Below, piece by piece: positions 25,536 to 38,004 of a stretch of 64,000 nucleotides of DNA. The first letter of the stretch is position 1; the number at the start of each line of letters is the position of its first letter. Under the pieces are notes generated by a model that was not told where the DNA came from, made no database searches, and was given only the letters and a program-made list of their open reading frames with translations. Location of the stretch: NCBI GenBank assembly GCA_026023565.1, contig JAPETS010000020.1, forward strand, positions 186,001-250,000, in the 5' to 3' direction. The position numbers and the translations under genes were made by a program. Source of the stretch: Cirrosporium novae-zelandiae (Eukaryota).

Positions 25536-25711
25536 TGTTACGGAATGCCAAGCCACATGCTTGCACGTGATATTATATGACCCACTGTATATATACTGTA
25601 GATCCTCACCTTGGCACCTTATTAGATTCTAGAACCACAAGTTAGTCTATATAATCCACACCAAGTTTGCCCCCTTAGATAATAAGCATTTATCCTTAGG
25701 AAGTCGTAATA
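25536..25711. mobile_element. Probable solo LTR (176 bp), mutated
   Basis: Begins TGTTACG and ends CGTAATA (CGTAACA with one C>T). Flanked by CTAAT / CTACT, a 4/5 match to a 5-bp TSD. Internal TATATAA and AATAA. Confidence 0.55.
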
Positions 25712-26079
25712 CTACTATGACATAATAATCAAGGGAAAATAGAAAGGTGGTGAGTGCATATATGTATATTTTCATTACTATCATTAGATATTCATTATCC
25801 CATCCCCTTTACCATTATCATCTATCATCCATCCCTTGTAACCCAGATCCAGATCCAGATCCAGAAATCGCTTTTTTTTCAAAAATATAAAACACAACCA
25901 ACTAACTAACCGACTAGTCCATTTGTTCATTCATTCATTCGGTCATTCACCCATGGGTTGATTATCCGATACCCATCCCTATCCCACTGCTATCCAAACC
26001 CCTAGTTCTCGTTCTCGTTCTCGTTTTCCATCCATATTTCCCTATCCCACTTCCCATTTCCCATTCCCTTTTGTAACTA

Positions 26080-26810
26080 TTCATTTATACCCCATACCCC
26101 CATGGGCTTCATCCAAAAATCTAAAAAAAGGGGGGGAATTCACACATCCTTCCTTTGTATAATATACATATACATGTATTGTACGTGTATGAGCATTCAA
26201 GCAGAAAGAAAAAGAAAAAGAAAAAACAGAAAAAGGGAGAAAAAGAAAAGGGGGAGAGGACGTCTTTTCTTTTCTTTTTTTGTTGAAATCGGGCATAACA
26301 TATAACGTATAATAAATGATGGTAAGGGTAGCCTTGGAATCCAAAAAATAGAAAGAAGGAAAAGAATAGTTCCTATCCTACCTTATCCAGACAATTCCTC
26401 CCCCAAGATCAATGCCAACATCAATTGGTCCATCCACTTATATCCCATGTTCCATGTGCTCATCCAAAAAAAAAACTCACATCCGTTATATAATGTGCAT
26501 GTACTATACTGTACACATAAACATTCGAGTATAGAGAGAGAAGGGGAGAGGGGGAGAATGGACGTCTTTGTTTTTCTCCTTCACGCATAATGAATGACGG
26601 CGAGGGTAAGGGTAAGGTAGTCCAGGAATCCAGAAATAATGCTTGTATCCCTATCCTATCCTATCCCTATCCTACCCTTTCCACCCACCTATAACGACAG
26701 CGAGCTCAGGAGCCCAAAAATAATAGTCCATATCCTATCCTACCTTATTTTATCCAGACATTCCCCCCCCTCCAGGGAGCTTCCTAATCCCAACACCAAC
26801 ATCAACATTA
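26080..26810. repeat. Diverged direct tandem duplication of ~350 bp (about 26080-26425 vs 26430-26810)
   Basis: Collinear shared blocks: CATCCAAAAA, CACATCC, GGACGTCTTT, GGTAAGGGTA, GGAATCCA.AAATA, CCTATCCTACCTTAT, TTATCCAGACA, CCAACATCAA. Confidence 0.8.
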
Positions 26811-28072
26811 AAATCCATACCCAAATCCAAACCAAAATCCCAATCCCAATCCCCAACTTCCCTCCATATCCTAGTCCCCGACGCCGTTCTGGTAATGATC
26901 CCACGTTTTAATAAATTTTGCGTTCGGGTGGAGATGGGGGGTTCTTGGTGTTGTTCTTGGTGTTCTGGTTCTGATTGCGGTGGAGGCCGCCGTGGTGGAG
27001 GGGTTGAAGGGAAGAATTTCTTTTGAGGGCGAGATGGGCTTGGGGAGATGGAGAGGGAGAAGGGGTTGGAATTGCTTGTTGTTGAGAGAGCGCGGTTGGG
27101 GTTGGTGTTGCGATTGGGGGGAGTTTGTGGTTGCTGTGATGGTAGTGCTGCTGCTGCTGTATTCCTCCTTTTCCTCCCCTCGCTTACAGCTTGTTCAATA
27201 GACAATCCACCAGACATAGCCCTAGCTGCTCTCCTAATCTTCGGCAGAATATTCACATCGTATCTCTTCTTCACTTTTTCCAACTCCGGTATCGTCTTAT
27301 TCATTTCATCTACCAGCTTCTCATACCTTTTAAGATTGTAATGCCAGTCCAGGAACCCGCGACGCTTTATTCGACAATATTCGGCGAGGGTCTGAGTTAA
27401 TGGTTGTTGGATTTGTTGGTGGTGGGGATAATCAATTTGTATTATCGAATCGTCATTTGAGGATGAGGGTGGAGGAGCAGCTATTGCTGCCGCCGCTGCT
27501 GCTGATGCTGACTTTTGAATATCCCTCTCTAATTCATTGATTTTCTCTTCAACATGCGCGAGCCACAATTTGTCATCCACGAGCGAATTCCTTTGGTATA
27601 TTATTTCCTTCCATAGACTCCTGAATTTATGCCTCCAGTAATTAAGCGCCTGGGTACTCCTGTTAATCTCCGGGTCCACAAGAGGAGAGCCTAAACTCGA
27701 ACCGACGTATTCTTGCTCATTACTGATCCTTTCTTTGAGAAAGTCGTCGATCTCTATGAGGGGGAGGGTGAGTCCCGGTTCCACTTCTTGCCAGATTAGA
27801 CTTCCTTCGTGCGTGAACTCGGAGGAGATTGATGGGCCGCCGGTGCGGGCGAGAGTTTGGGAGATTTCAAAGGGGATTGTGGGAAGGAGGTAAGATGGTG
27901 GTGAGGTTTGTTGGCCTTGAGTTGTTGGAAGAGGGTCGTTGTTCCAGGGATGCACTTCGTGGGAATAAAGAGTTTGTAAGGGATAATAGATGCTCGAGAG
28001 CATTGGCATGGGGTTCTGTTGAGTGACTTGTGGTGGTGGATGCCTTTGGGGTTGTTCTGAAGCCGAGGACAT
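26750..28072 (-). CDS. Hypothetical coiled-coil/Pro-rich protein (orphan)
   Basis: Long open frame; first ATG in good context at 28072 (GCAAAGATG, MSSASEQ...). Central helical region (LNYWRHKFRSLWKEI..., YEKLVDEMNKTIPELEKVKK). No recognised family. Confidence 0.7.
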   Translation of the reverse strand: MSSASEQPQRHPPPQVTQQNPMPMLSSIYYPLQTLYSHEVHPWNNDPLPTTQGQQTSPPSYLLPTIPFEISQTLARTGGPSISSEFTHEGSLIWQEVEPGLTLPLIEIDDFLKERISNEQEYVGSSLGSPLVDPEINRSTQALNYWRHKFRSLWKEIIYQRNSLVDDKLWLAHVEEKINELERDIQKSASAAAAAAIAAPPPSSSNDDSIIQIDYPHHQQIQQPLTQTLAEYCRIKRRGFLDWHYNLKRYEKLVDEMNKTIPELEKVKKRYDVNILPKIRRAARAMSGGLSIEQAVSEGRKRRNTAAAALPSQQPQTPPNRNTNPNRALSTTSNSNPFSLSISPSPSRPQKKFFPSTPPPRRPPPQSEPEHQEQHQEPPISTRTQNLLKRGIITRTASGTRIWREVGDWDWDFGLDLGMDFNVDVGVGIRKLPGGGGMSG

Positions 28073-28433
28073 CTTTGCGTTTAGTATTGGTGATTGGCTG
28101 AAGTTGGAGTTGCGAGAATGGGTCCAATTGATATGAGACAAGAAGAAAGGATGTGAAGAAAAGATAATGTCTTTTGGTCTGGGACTGGATTTGAAGATAG
28201 TGTTGATTGAAGCTAAAGAAACGTAGGCGTCGATATAGAACACTGAGTAAAATAGATTAAAGATGGGGATGTCATGATAGCTGAAGTTTTACTGAGCGAG
28301 TCGGTACCAAATATTACTATAGTCTTCATATTACAAAAGGAGCCACAAGACCAAAAGTAGTTTGAAAGTCCACCAGGAGTCAAGGGTTGAGCCGGTCAAC
28401 ACCAAAGTCGTTACCGCCAAGACAAGTGAATCT

Positions 28434-29440
28434 TCATACATCTAGCATCGTTCCTCCTGTCTGTATCACTGGTAGGTCCAAATCAACAATAAATGGGGCA
28501 TTGCTCCTCCTGTAACTTGCATCCATAATGCTAGCATTTACGAGTATCGTTTCCTCGCCGAATTTCAAAGGTTGTTTTCCAGAATTACTTGCATCGATAT
28601 AAGCTGATCTGTTTTCTAGCACCTGTTTCTTGTCTTGTTTGAGACTTTCTGCCTGGTTCTTCATCCAATCTACCCTTTTTGCGCCCCAGCCCTCATGGAT
28701 ATGACCGAAGCAATGCAGACGGGGGCGACAGCGACGAGTTGCACGAAGGAGATGAGGACATCCAACATGCATACCTCCAAATTTGGTAATGTCAAGATAT
28801 CCATATGGCGGACCATGGGTGAGCATAATATCAATTTCTGGATGTGCTGGAACGGGATTTGGAGCTTTGAAGGAAGCCATCGGCGCAGAAGGATTGAACC
28901 GATCTTGATCCTTGTTGTACATGAATGCCCAATCCATAAAAGCGGGCTGGTAAGGAGATGCATAGACCTAAATCTTGATCAGGTTGATGTCCAGAGTGAC
29001 TTTCACGCCAAACATACAGTAAACTTGGCTCCGTTCTTCAAGCGAAATGATCTCACACCCTCCTCCATATATACAATACCATGCTTTTGAGCTTCTGCTC
29101 CACACCATAGCTCCTTGATCTTCACTACATCTTCATCTTTTCCGTGGTGCTTTTGATTTCCACCTCCGTTGATATAGTAATCCTGGTCTAGTGTGATATC
29201 ATGATTTCCAGCAATAATGATTTTTAATTCTGCAGGGGCATCTTTAAGCATGTTAAATACCTTCCTATACTCAACAGCCTTTCCAACGATTGTTATATCT
29301 CCGGCATGGAGAAGAACGTCAGAGGTGGGTAAAGGTTCACGATAGGCATGAGAAATATCCTTGGCGGGGACAAGAATGGCAGTATGTGTGTCCGAGATGA
29401 GACAAAGTCTTGTTTTCACGGTATCAACTGTAGATTGCAT
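28434..29440 (-). CDS. Calcineurin-like metallophosphoesterase (MPPED/239FB-like)
   Basis: ISDTH, LLHAGDIT, IIAGNHD, YASPYQP, IMLTHGPP, LHCFGHIHE and VNAS motifs; intron 28968-29017. Confidence 0.93.
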
Positions 29441-30350
29441 ATTTTCAATGTTGAGATACTTGGTACGAGATAAAGGATATATCGTTTCTTAAATACCTAG
29501 ATAGTTTTGTTCGCCTGTCCATGGATGCCTTCCTTTTGGAGCTGACAGACATGAGATTTAAGTACTTGGGTAGGAGCCTAGCAAAACGGTCTTGGGTATT
29601 TGTTATTGGCCAACCGATGAATAGTCCTCAGGATGATCATTGCTATTGAGTACTAGGGTTAATGATTCGGCAATCAATATCATCAACTCGTCTCGGAACT
29701 ATATAACTTGGACAACTCAATTACCTGTAGAATATGACTTTCGGTGTAATTTGAAATAGGCCGTGTCTAGCTACGGTTTACAAGAGCGCCTATATAGTTC
29801 TATAGGGGTGTTGCAATCTAACCCCGAACTACGCTAAATGGAACCAATTTTGATATCTCGAAGTCGCCATCAGTCATCACATAGCTTCAATTAAAAATTA
29901 AACCTTCTTATCGAACACCTATCCGTTTCATGTTTTGCGGGTGGTGCAAGTTGATGGCTTCTATCCACCTAAACGGTCCATACCTAGGTAGTTAACACAT
30001 CTACAAGTCTAGTAGAGAGAAATAAAGCAATTCGACCAACGATCGTGGCTCAAGACCCATGATTGTTGTGAAACTTTTTACTGAGAATAAAAACTTTTTG
30101 AACATCAGCATTGGGAAATACATAAGCATAGCGACCTGTCCTGGGTATGGCATTGAGGTTGGAACAACGGCAAGCAGAGCTTGATCATCAAGGAAATCGA
30201 GACCGTCGTATTTAGCTCTCAGTTACTGAAGCGTTTTCTTTCCATAATCCTCCATACAATGGACGCCGCAAAGTGTGACATTATGTCGTGTACAGACAAC
30301 TTGATTCTAAATTCATCATTGTCCGACCAACATCATAGAAATCATCCCTT

Positions 30351-31007
30351 CTACTTCCTAATAGCACGCTGGTAGAAAGCAAGTTCTTCTCCTTCCAAAA
30401 TGTAGCCATCAACCCGTCCGCTCTGACCTGGCCTGGAAGCAACAACTGCGAGAAGACGGCCACTCTCAAACAGTCTCTCTAATGCTGGCTCAACCTTTCC
30501 GGAAGCAGTGAACCGTGCGGCCTGCTTCTTTTCAACACTCTTGCTGGCCTTCTTCTCTTCCTCACCAGCGGCAGCCTTTTGACGTTTTCGGCCTAGAGTC
30601 TGACCGTAGTGTGCTTCGTACCATTGTCTGAAAGGAGCTGCATCAACCTGGACAACAGCGGATTTTGTGAGGGTGTTTGTTCGGACGAGCTCGTTGTTCG
30701 AAGGATGGTAGGAGACGACAAGGACACGGACTTTTCGGGAGATGCCTTCAGATCCCCAAGAGAAGTTGCCAGACTCGAGACGAAGAGCACGATATTTGGT
30801 GTTTCCACCTCGGGTACGGACAAGATGGATACGTTTGGTACCGATACGGGTGTTTGCTGGTTGACGACCCTTCTCGAAAGCTCTGAAATATATTGTCAGG
30901 TATGCTGAACCTATCTATTCGAATATTGCGCACCTCTTCTTGCGGTAGTATGCCCTCTTAGCACCGGATGCCGAGCGCTTGTGGCGCGAATCTCGAGAAA
31001 TACCCAT
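30351..31007 (-). CDS. RPS8: 40S ribosomal protein eS8
   Basis: [39 protein letters not shown]...RALRLESGNFSW...SRPGQSGRVDGYILEGEELAFY; intron 30883-30933; 201 aa. Confidence 0.98.
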
Positions 31008-31032
31008 GATTGCAGAGAAACAATCGGACTAC

Positions 31033-31216
31033 CTGAAAAAGGATATGGTCAGCGGAAAGGTTGTGTGAAATGTTGAATGTGATTTGACCGCGATGAGAGT
31101 TGAGGATTTATTTGTGGATTGGAAGGTTGTCGATTGATAGTGAAGGGCGAGCTGAGATTAGGGAAAAGAAATTTCACAACATCAAATACAAAATAGACTG
31201 AAGAATATGAACTGAC
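31033..31216 (-). other. Probable 5'UTR intron of RPS8 (184 nt)
   Basis: Minus strand TAG|GTCAGT donor, GCTGAC branch, TTTTTCAG acceptor ending 25 nt upstream of the ATG. Confidence 0.7.
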
Positions 31217-31353
31217 CTATATCTTGGGAGCCCGCTGATCAAGCAATCTGTTATTGTGTGGGTGTCGATGTTGTCGGTCTCGTTGATGAATTGAAAGTCG
31301 GCCTAGAAGTTGAAATTCGATGGGATTTGTGTGTGGTTTGCTATAGGGCGAGA

Positions 31354-31363
31354 CTAACCCTAA
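31354..31363. promoter_or_regulatory. Telomere-repeat-like (telobox) motif CTAACCCTAA upstream of RPS8
   Basis: Seen directly just upstream of the inferred RPS8 leader exon; related copies at 17993-18001, 49262-49278 and 59493-59500. Confidence 0.4.
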
Positions 31364-31628
31364 GCGGAAGTAGAGTGACCCCGCGACTCAAAGCTGGGCA
31401 TTGCGGACTGCTTCTTGTACCAGCTAATTAATCACAAATTTTCTATTTCATTTCTAATGAATATGATGATAGCTGAAAAAAAATAAATTCAAAAAATAAA
31501 CGAGAATTTATTATATTTACTACAATTGACAGGAAGAGCGTAAATATCCTTTACAAATGCCTCATAGAATCATCACCGTGGTCACTATTGTCACCAACAT
31601 CCATCATATATTGCATATCATTCATTGC

Positions 31629-32330
31629 TCAGTTCTTCCGAGCTCTCTTTTCTCTTCGCTTTGCTTCTGCTCGCTCCGCTTGTGCCTTCTTTACCAATAT
31701 GTCCACTCTTCTATAGGCACCAAATCCCTCTATAAAGGTTGAAAGGATCCATGTCAACCAAAGCCTACTGAACCGAGGGACATTGTACTTCCGCATCCGA
31801 GAGCGATCCATCCAGAAAACCTCTCCACTATGAATAACGACCATTGTAGAGATCAAAAGCGGTTGAATGCTGTAGCAAAATCTTGCAAATGGTGGAATAT
31901 ACTTAAGAAGCATATCGTAGAGAAGAGATCCCGGCAGAAAGTTGGAACGTTGACTGAAAAAAATAAATGTCAAAGCGGAGATGAAAAATAGAAGAGCCCA
32001 GGATCCTTGGGGTCTTGTATATTGTTGAATTGTAATAATAGAGCGGCCCGTTGCCTTGAGATCATAAAGGTACATATTTTCCAATCTCTCTCTCGCATCG
32101 GCCAAAGATCTCATAGGGGGCTCAATAGGGACAATATTTCTAGTGCCTTGAGCATCGATGAGCAAATGGGAAAGGGTGATATCTTCGAGCCGAGCACCAA
32201 CTGTTTTTGAAGATGGAAGTCGACAACGACGTTGTAAATAGAGAGCAAGAGTGTTCGAATGATCGGCATTCATATGATCGATAATTCTGCGTTTTCGTTC
32301 AATATCACCATCGGGATTTGGTGAAGCCAT
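31629..32330 (-). CDS. DUF2470-domain integral membrane protein
   Basis: RIIDHMNADH..L..YL (DUF2470), followed by hydrophobic segments, IHSGE and W..W..STFIEGFG. Confidence 0.85.
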   Translation of the reverse strand: MASPNPDGDIERKRRIIDHMNADHSNTLALYLQRRCRLPSSKTVGARLEDITLSHLLIDAQGTRNIVPIEPPMRSLADARERLENMYLYDLKATGRSIITIQQYTRPQGSWALLFFISALTFIFFSQRSNFLPGSLLYDMLLKYIPPFARFCYSIQPLLISTMVVIHSGEVFWMDRSRMRKYNVPRFSRLWLTWILSTFIEGFGAYRRVDILVKKAQAERAEAKRREKRARKN

Positions 32331-32903
32331 GATTGAGATTTGATGATGATTAGGTGGATGAGCAGGTAAGTTCTAATCAAGATTTGAATTGTGTTGACGG
32401 AGGAAAAGGGGGAAATAAGTTTTTTGGGTAGATTCCCGGGGGGCTGCCAGGTACCTAGGTACCGTACAAGACTTAAGATAGTTTGTTAAGTAAAAAGTCA
32501 TCACTTTCGCTTTTCGGCTTGTGACTCTTTCCCGGACCGAGCACGGGTTAACGAACAGACAGCAGAGTAGAGCATAGCACCACCCCCCAAGGAAGGCCAG
32601 GACCGTAGGACCATAAGACAGACCAACAGAACCACGGAACCACAGAGCCACAGATCCATCACAACTCAACTTTAACATATCCTAGGTGTCCCCAAATTTA
32701 CTGGGATTTAATACCTTTGAATTTTCAACCAAAATTATTCATTATTCATAGCTCTACCTTCAATTGAAACTGACTGTAGAAATTAGTTCTTGTCATTTTA
32801 AACCATCGTTTGTCTAAATCATCAATGCTCTTAATCCGGCCTCCGCTCCAATGAGCACCGCCATCAAATATTGGCATGGAGCTGCTCCATCATCTTGCGC
32901 GCC

Positions 32904-35658
32904 ATGTCCTCACATATTCGCGCCTTCGTGCAATGGAAGGACCAGACTGTTTTTGCTGGTGAAGAGATCCAGTGTACGATAACATTTACGAATCTTGCTC
33001 CCCTATCTCCATCCCCCGCAAACTCCCATCGAGATTCGAAGCTCAATGGCTTGACTCGAAAGCCGTCCCTACTGAGTCGGCCTCCGATCGATCATCGACG
33101 ACCACCAAATTCTCATGCAAGTGTTCCGCAAATTCAAGTTCGTGGACATGAACCGAGGAGTCATCGGCCTGCACTGTCCTTGAATCTACCTGTACATAGC
33201 GGAGAAGCCTCGCGAAACCAAAGCGCGACAACCGCCGTCAAAACTGACCACAGCAATGGAGGACATTCAAATCATAATCATAAGAGATCAGTATCCATAA
33301 TATCGTTAGGTGGAAGTGAGACTACCGAAGGGCTACCGTCGCCACGATTGCGCACCCCTCAACGCCCTTCACGAAATCATGCCCGTTCCGCCAGTTTACA
33401 AGTTCTTCCTCGAGCGTTGGGATCCAATGGCGATGGAAATGGAAATGGATTATCATGTGAGTAAACAAATCTAATGCCATCAAAACACCTTCTGATTCAA
33501 TTTAGCGCCTTATGGTCCTCGGTCAGCAACAGCCCCGTCTCCTCTCCATCTTGCTCGATCTGCACCATCCCGGTCCGAATCTCATGTCGAGCTTCCACTA
33601 TCCGCAAGATATCATAGACGTCCCTCGGGGTTGACTCTTGGACCTGGACGAAGAGGTCCGTCGAGAGGGCGAGATGGTGGACCGAGTCCTTTCAATACCA
33701 ACTTCAAATTCCCTCCGGGTCCGCCAGGCGCTTCCCCACCAGAACCGAACAACTCTTCCCTCCATCCAGCTTTTGCGAATGCAGACCCATCAGTATCACC
33801 TCGAGGAAGATCTCCAAGGTCACCTATTGTCGATATAGACGGGGCAGTACCCATACATCTGGCTCCGATTTCCAAGGTTAGAAGTGCCTCTTCCATGAAT
33901 GGAAGTGCACGCAGCAGCGGAGAGTTTTATTCAGTTAGCAACAATTCCTCAGAGACTCTAGCTTCCGACTATCCACAACCATATAATCGATTATTACCTA
34001 CGTCTACTCATGTTCGAAGGCCTTCCAATCTATCCATAGCAAGGTCCCAGTCTTCAATTGAAACATTGATGATGGGATATGTACAGGTCATGGGAAGTTT
34101 CACTTTGGACGGCTCCTTGGTTAATCAAGGCCCTTTTGAAGACGTAAAGCGGAAAGGTGTCATTGGTGGCCAAGGAGGCGGGGGGGTTGTCGGCGTTGAA
34201 AACAACAAACGCGGAAGTGGATTATTTGGATCATTTGGATGGGGTAACATTGGAGAATCTATCGGTGGTTTTCTTGGTGGTGGAGAATTGAGCAGTATAA
34301 AGGAGATGAGAGGAATCGCTAGCAGCCGGAGCGTACCTCTACTTTCCACTCCTCAATCGGTACTTTTTGTGGATCTTCGACTGGCCCCAGGGGAAAGCAA
34401 AAGCTACAGCTACAGCTTTTCTTTACCCAAGGGATTACCCCCGACCCACAAGGGTAAAACAATCAAAATATCTTATCAACTCGTCATCGGCACTCATCGA
34501 CCAGCTGCTGCCAAAGAACAGAGAGTCCGCCAGGTCGAAATTCCATTCCGTGTCTTCGGTAGCGTCGACAGAGACGGCGAAACCCTTGGTCATGATTTAA
34601 TGTCTCCTTATATTCTGCTACGAGATCAAGCCCACGCTTCCATCCTCAGTTCCACCGGATCGCCATTAAACCCTGTCAAAAAACACTCTCCCTCTCCCCA
34701 TCAAGACCTAGAAGATTTTCTCTCATACACTTCGAAACTTCTATCCCGGCCCTCCCTCACATCCACAGACTCAATACCCCCACTCCTTTCCCCTACCGAA
34801 CCTAACAGCTCCCACCATCATCTCCGCCGCCAATCCTCCGCTGGTGACCTTCCCCCGTCCGCAAAAGAAACCATTGACCTCGCTATCCTTCGTTCCAACA
34901 TCCCCCGCTCCCCAAATCTCTCGCCTAATCGCTTCGAAATCGCCCGCAACGGTCAACGCATTGCTTCCATCATCCTCAATCGTCCCGCACATCGTCTTGG
35001 TGAAACTGTCACGGCCGTTATCGACTTTGAGGGAGCTCGTATTCCCTGCTACTCCCTACGGGCCACCCTCGAAAGCGCCGAGAGCGTTGACCCTACTATT
35101 GCGATGCGAAGTCCTGCGAGTATAGAACGTGTGACGAAAAAGATTCATGCACGGTTAGATGAGACGACTCTGTTTGCGAGGCGGATTATTTTTTCACCGA
35201 CGATTCCAATGGCGGCAACGCCCGAATTCATTACAACGGGCGTGAGTCTTGGATGGAGAATACGGATAGAATTCGTGACTAGCCGGTTAGTGGCAGAGGC
35301 AACAACTATCCCGCCGAATTTTTCACGACCGCGGTTGCCGATAACGCGGAGAGGGGATTCTCCTTTAAGAGAACCACTGGTTGGCGAGGACAATGACGAC
35401 GAAGAATATGAACACGAAATAGACGAAGGAGAAAAAGAACAAGAAGAAAGACGGGAAAGCGTCCTGCAACAGAAACAAAGAGAAATGACGATACACCCAC
35501 AATTACTAGAGGAAATCGGACGCGACGAACGTGGCAGCACCAGCGTAGCTGTCGAGGGAATCCCATGTGAGAGTTTTGAAGTCGCGATTCCGATTACGGT
35601 TTTTGGGGCCACGGCGGGGGAGACGGAGAAAGCGGAGACGGAGGCTTTGGTTGTTTAG
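32904..35658 (+). CDS. RGP1: Rgp1 subunit of the Ric1-Rgp1 Ypt6/Rab6 GEF
   Basis: MSSHIRAFVQWKDQTVFAGEEIQCTITF; intron 33457-33505; ETLMMGYVQVMGSF, PLLSTPQSVLFVDLRLAPGESKSY, LPKGLPPTHKG, TPEFIT...W.IRIEFVT, ESFEVAIPITV. Confidence 0.93.
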
Positions 35659-36289
35659 GTTGCCGATTCATTGCTACCTTTGCTTTATACCCTATCTTGC
35701 TAATGTACGGATGGATGGATGGATGGATGAACGGATGGATAGTAAGGGAAATGAAGAAGCGAGGCTTGCTTACTGGTTATACTCCTTTATCTTCCCTTTT
35801 TTTTTCCCCTCTTCTTCTTGGTATCGAAGCAAGAAAGAAAGATATGGGAGGATATATACACATACACACACAACACACAGGAAAGAAGGAACTTAGTTGT
35901 ACGGAAGGAAAGAAGGAAAAGAAGATGGAAAAAGAAAATTGGAAATGGAGACATATAAGCACGCTGGGTAGTTATAGTATGATAGGGTAGGGTAGGGTGT
36001 AGGGTGTAGGGTTTATACTCTCTCAAAATATCTTTTTTTTTTGCTGCTACTACTTACTTCCAAGCGAAAGCGAAGGCGAGCGGGAAGGGATAGGGATATA
36101 GGGGAGAATAAGGACTTAGGGATTAAAGCCAGTCACATTATTGAAATCTTTTTCTTCTCTTTTTCTTATGTGTATGTATTTTGGATCTTTTGAATTCTTT
36201 TTTTATTTTTATTTTTTGGATTATTATTATTACTTATTTTAAGGTGTGTGTTATGACATTATATATATATATATATTTGTGTGTATGTG

Positions 36290-36740
36290 TATATGTATAG
36301 GATGTTACTATTGTTGTTGTGGTGGTCAAAAAATATACACACACATATACTATCTCTTTCTCTCTCTCTCTCTCTCTCTCTTGCAAGGAACTCACCAACT
36401 CATCCATCCATCCATCCAGCCTAAAAAAAAAAGACAACAAAAAAGCTAAGCAAAAGCTAAACACCTACTTCCTTACTTACCTACCTACCTATCTATATCT
36501 ATATGTATAGGATGCTATTACTGTTACTGTTACTATTGTTGTTGTTATAATCAAAAAAAAATATACACATAGGCATATACTATATCTCTTCTAACCGCCC
36601 CACCAACCAAGTTACCAACTCCATCCAACTCCATCCATCCAACCTAATTAAAAAAAAAAAAAAAAAAAAAAATCAAAAAAAAAGCGAGAGAGAAAAGCCA
36701 AAGAATCTGCCTAATCTACCTACCTATCTATATCTGTCTA
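36290..36740. repeat. Diverged direct tandem duplication of ~210-240 bp inside an SSR-rich intergenic island
   Basis: Collinear blocks present twice: ATGTATAGGATG, TTACTATTGTTGTTGT, TCAAAAAA..TATACAC, CATATACTAT, ACCAACTC, CCATCCATCCA.CCTAA, poly-A, CTACCTACCTATCTATATCT. Confidence 0.85.
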
Positions 36741-38004
36741 TCTATCCAGCACCATTAATATCATAATTAACTAACAAACCTAGCAATAAAAAGAAAACGA
36801 AAAATGAAACGAAGACGAATTGAACTCGAGAAGAAGAAGAAAACAAGAGTAGGTAAGTAAAAAGATTATAGGTAAAACTGAACTGAACTGAACTGAATTG
36901 AATTCAACTGCTCATTGCTCATACCTACTACTCATTACCACTACCATTACCATCACCATCACAGAGTAGAGTAGAGCAGAGTAGATTAGATTAGATTGGG
37001 ATTAAGATTAGGTTTAGGTTATATAGGTATTGTATAATGGATTTTAGATAATGGATATTTGAGATCATAAATATAAGGGTTGGGGAGGAAGGGGATGGGG
37101 GGATGGAAGGGGATGAGAGAGAGATGGGATGGGAAGGGAAGGGGGATAAGAGGGACGAGGAGGAGGAGGAGGAGGAGGAGGTATATATGTGATATATATG
37201 TGTGTATTATCTTTTTCTCTTTTCTTTCTTTTCTTTTCTAAGGAACGAGGAAGGAAGGAAAGGAATGAGAGGGAGGAAAAGGGAGGGGAAAGGGGATATA
37301 TGTGTGTGTGCGCGTGTGTGTGTGTGTTATCATTTTTTGGGGGGGGGGGGGAGACGGGGAAAGGGTTTGTTGGGTGTTGTTATTATTAATACTGTTGTTG
37401 GCGTTGCTGTTGCTGTTGCTGTCGCTATTGCTGTTATTATTTTTTTATTTCATGTTAGTATTAACTCCATCCAGGTCCATCGCCCACTAATTAACATAAT
37501 CTACTATATCCATATCCATACAATCCCCATCCCAACCCAATCCATCCATCCATCCATCCATCCCTCTAATCTATTTAGAGAAAATACTTTTTTTTTTTTT
37601 TTTTTCAACCCTCCCTTCTTCTACGTTCTCCCTTCTCCTCCCTTCCCTTTTCTGTTAGCAGATAGAAAATCAATTTATGAATCAACTTGTATGGAGGGAG
37701 GGCATGGGATAAGATGGAATAGAATAAAATATAGAAGTAAAGTAAAGTAAAAAAAAAAAAAAAAAGATGCATTCATTAATTCATATATTTCGTTCGTTAA
37801 TTCGTAGGCTAGCTGTGGGTCACGTAATGTAATGTAAAATGGTAGGGGTTTAGGAAAAATCTAACCAGGGCTGGTGTGGTTGGGTGGTTGGGTGGTCCTT
37901 GGATGATTTTTATCATGGTCGTTGTCATTGTCGTCGTCGTCGTCATCGTCGTTCATTCTCTTAATTTCCCACCCCATTCCTCCACCCTCCTCCTTCACAC
38001 CCCA

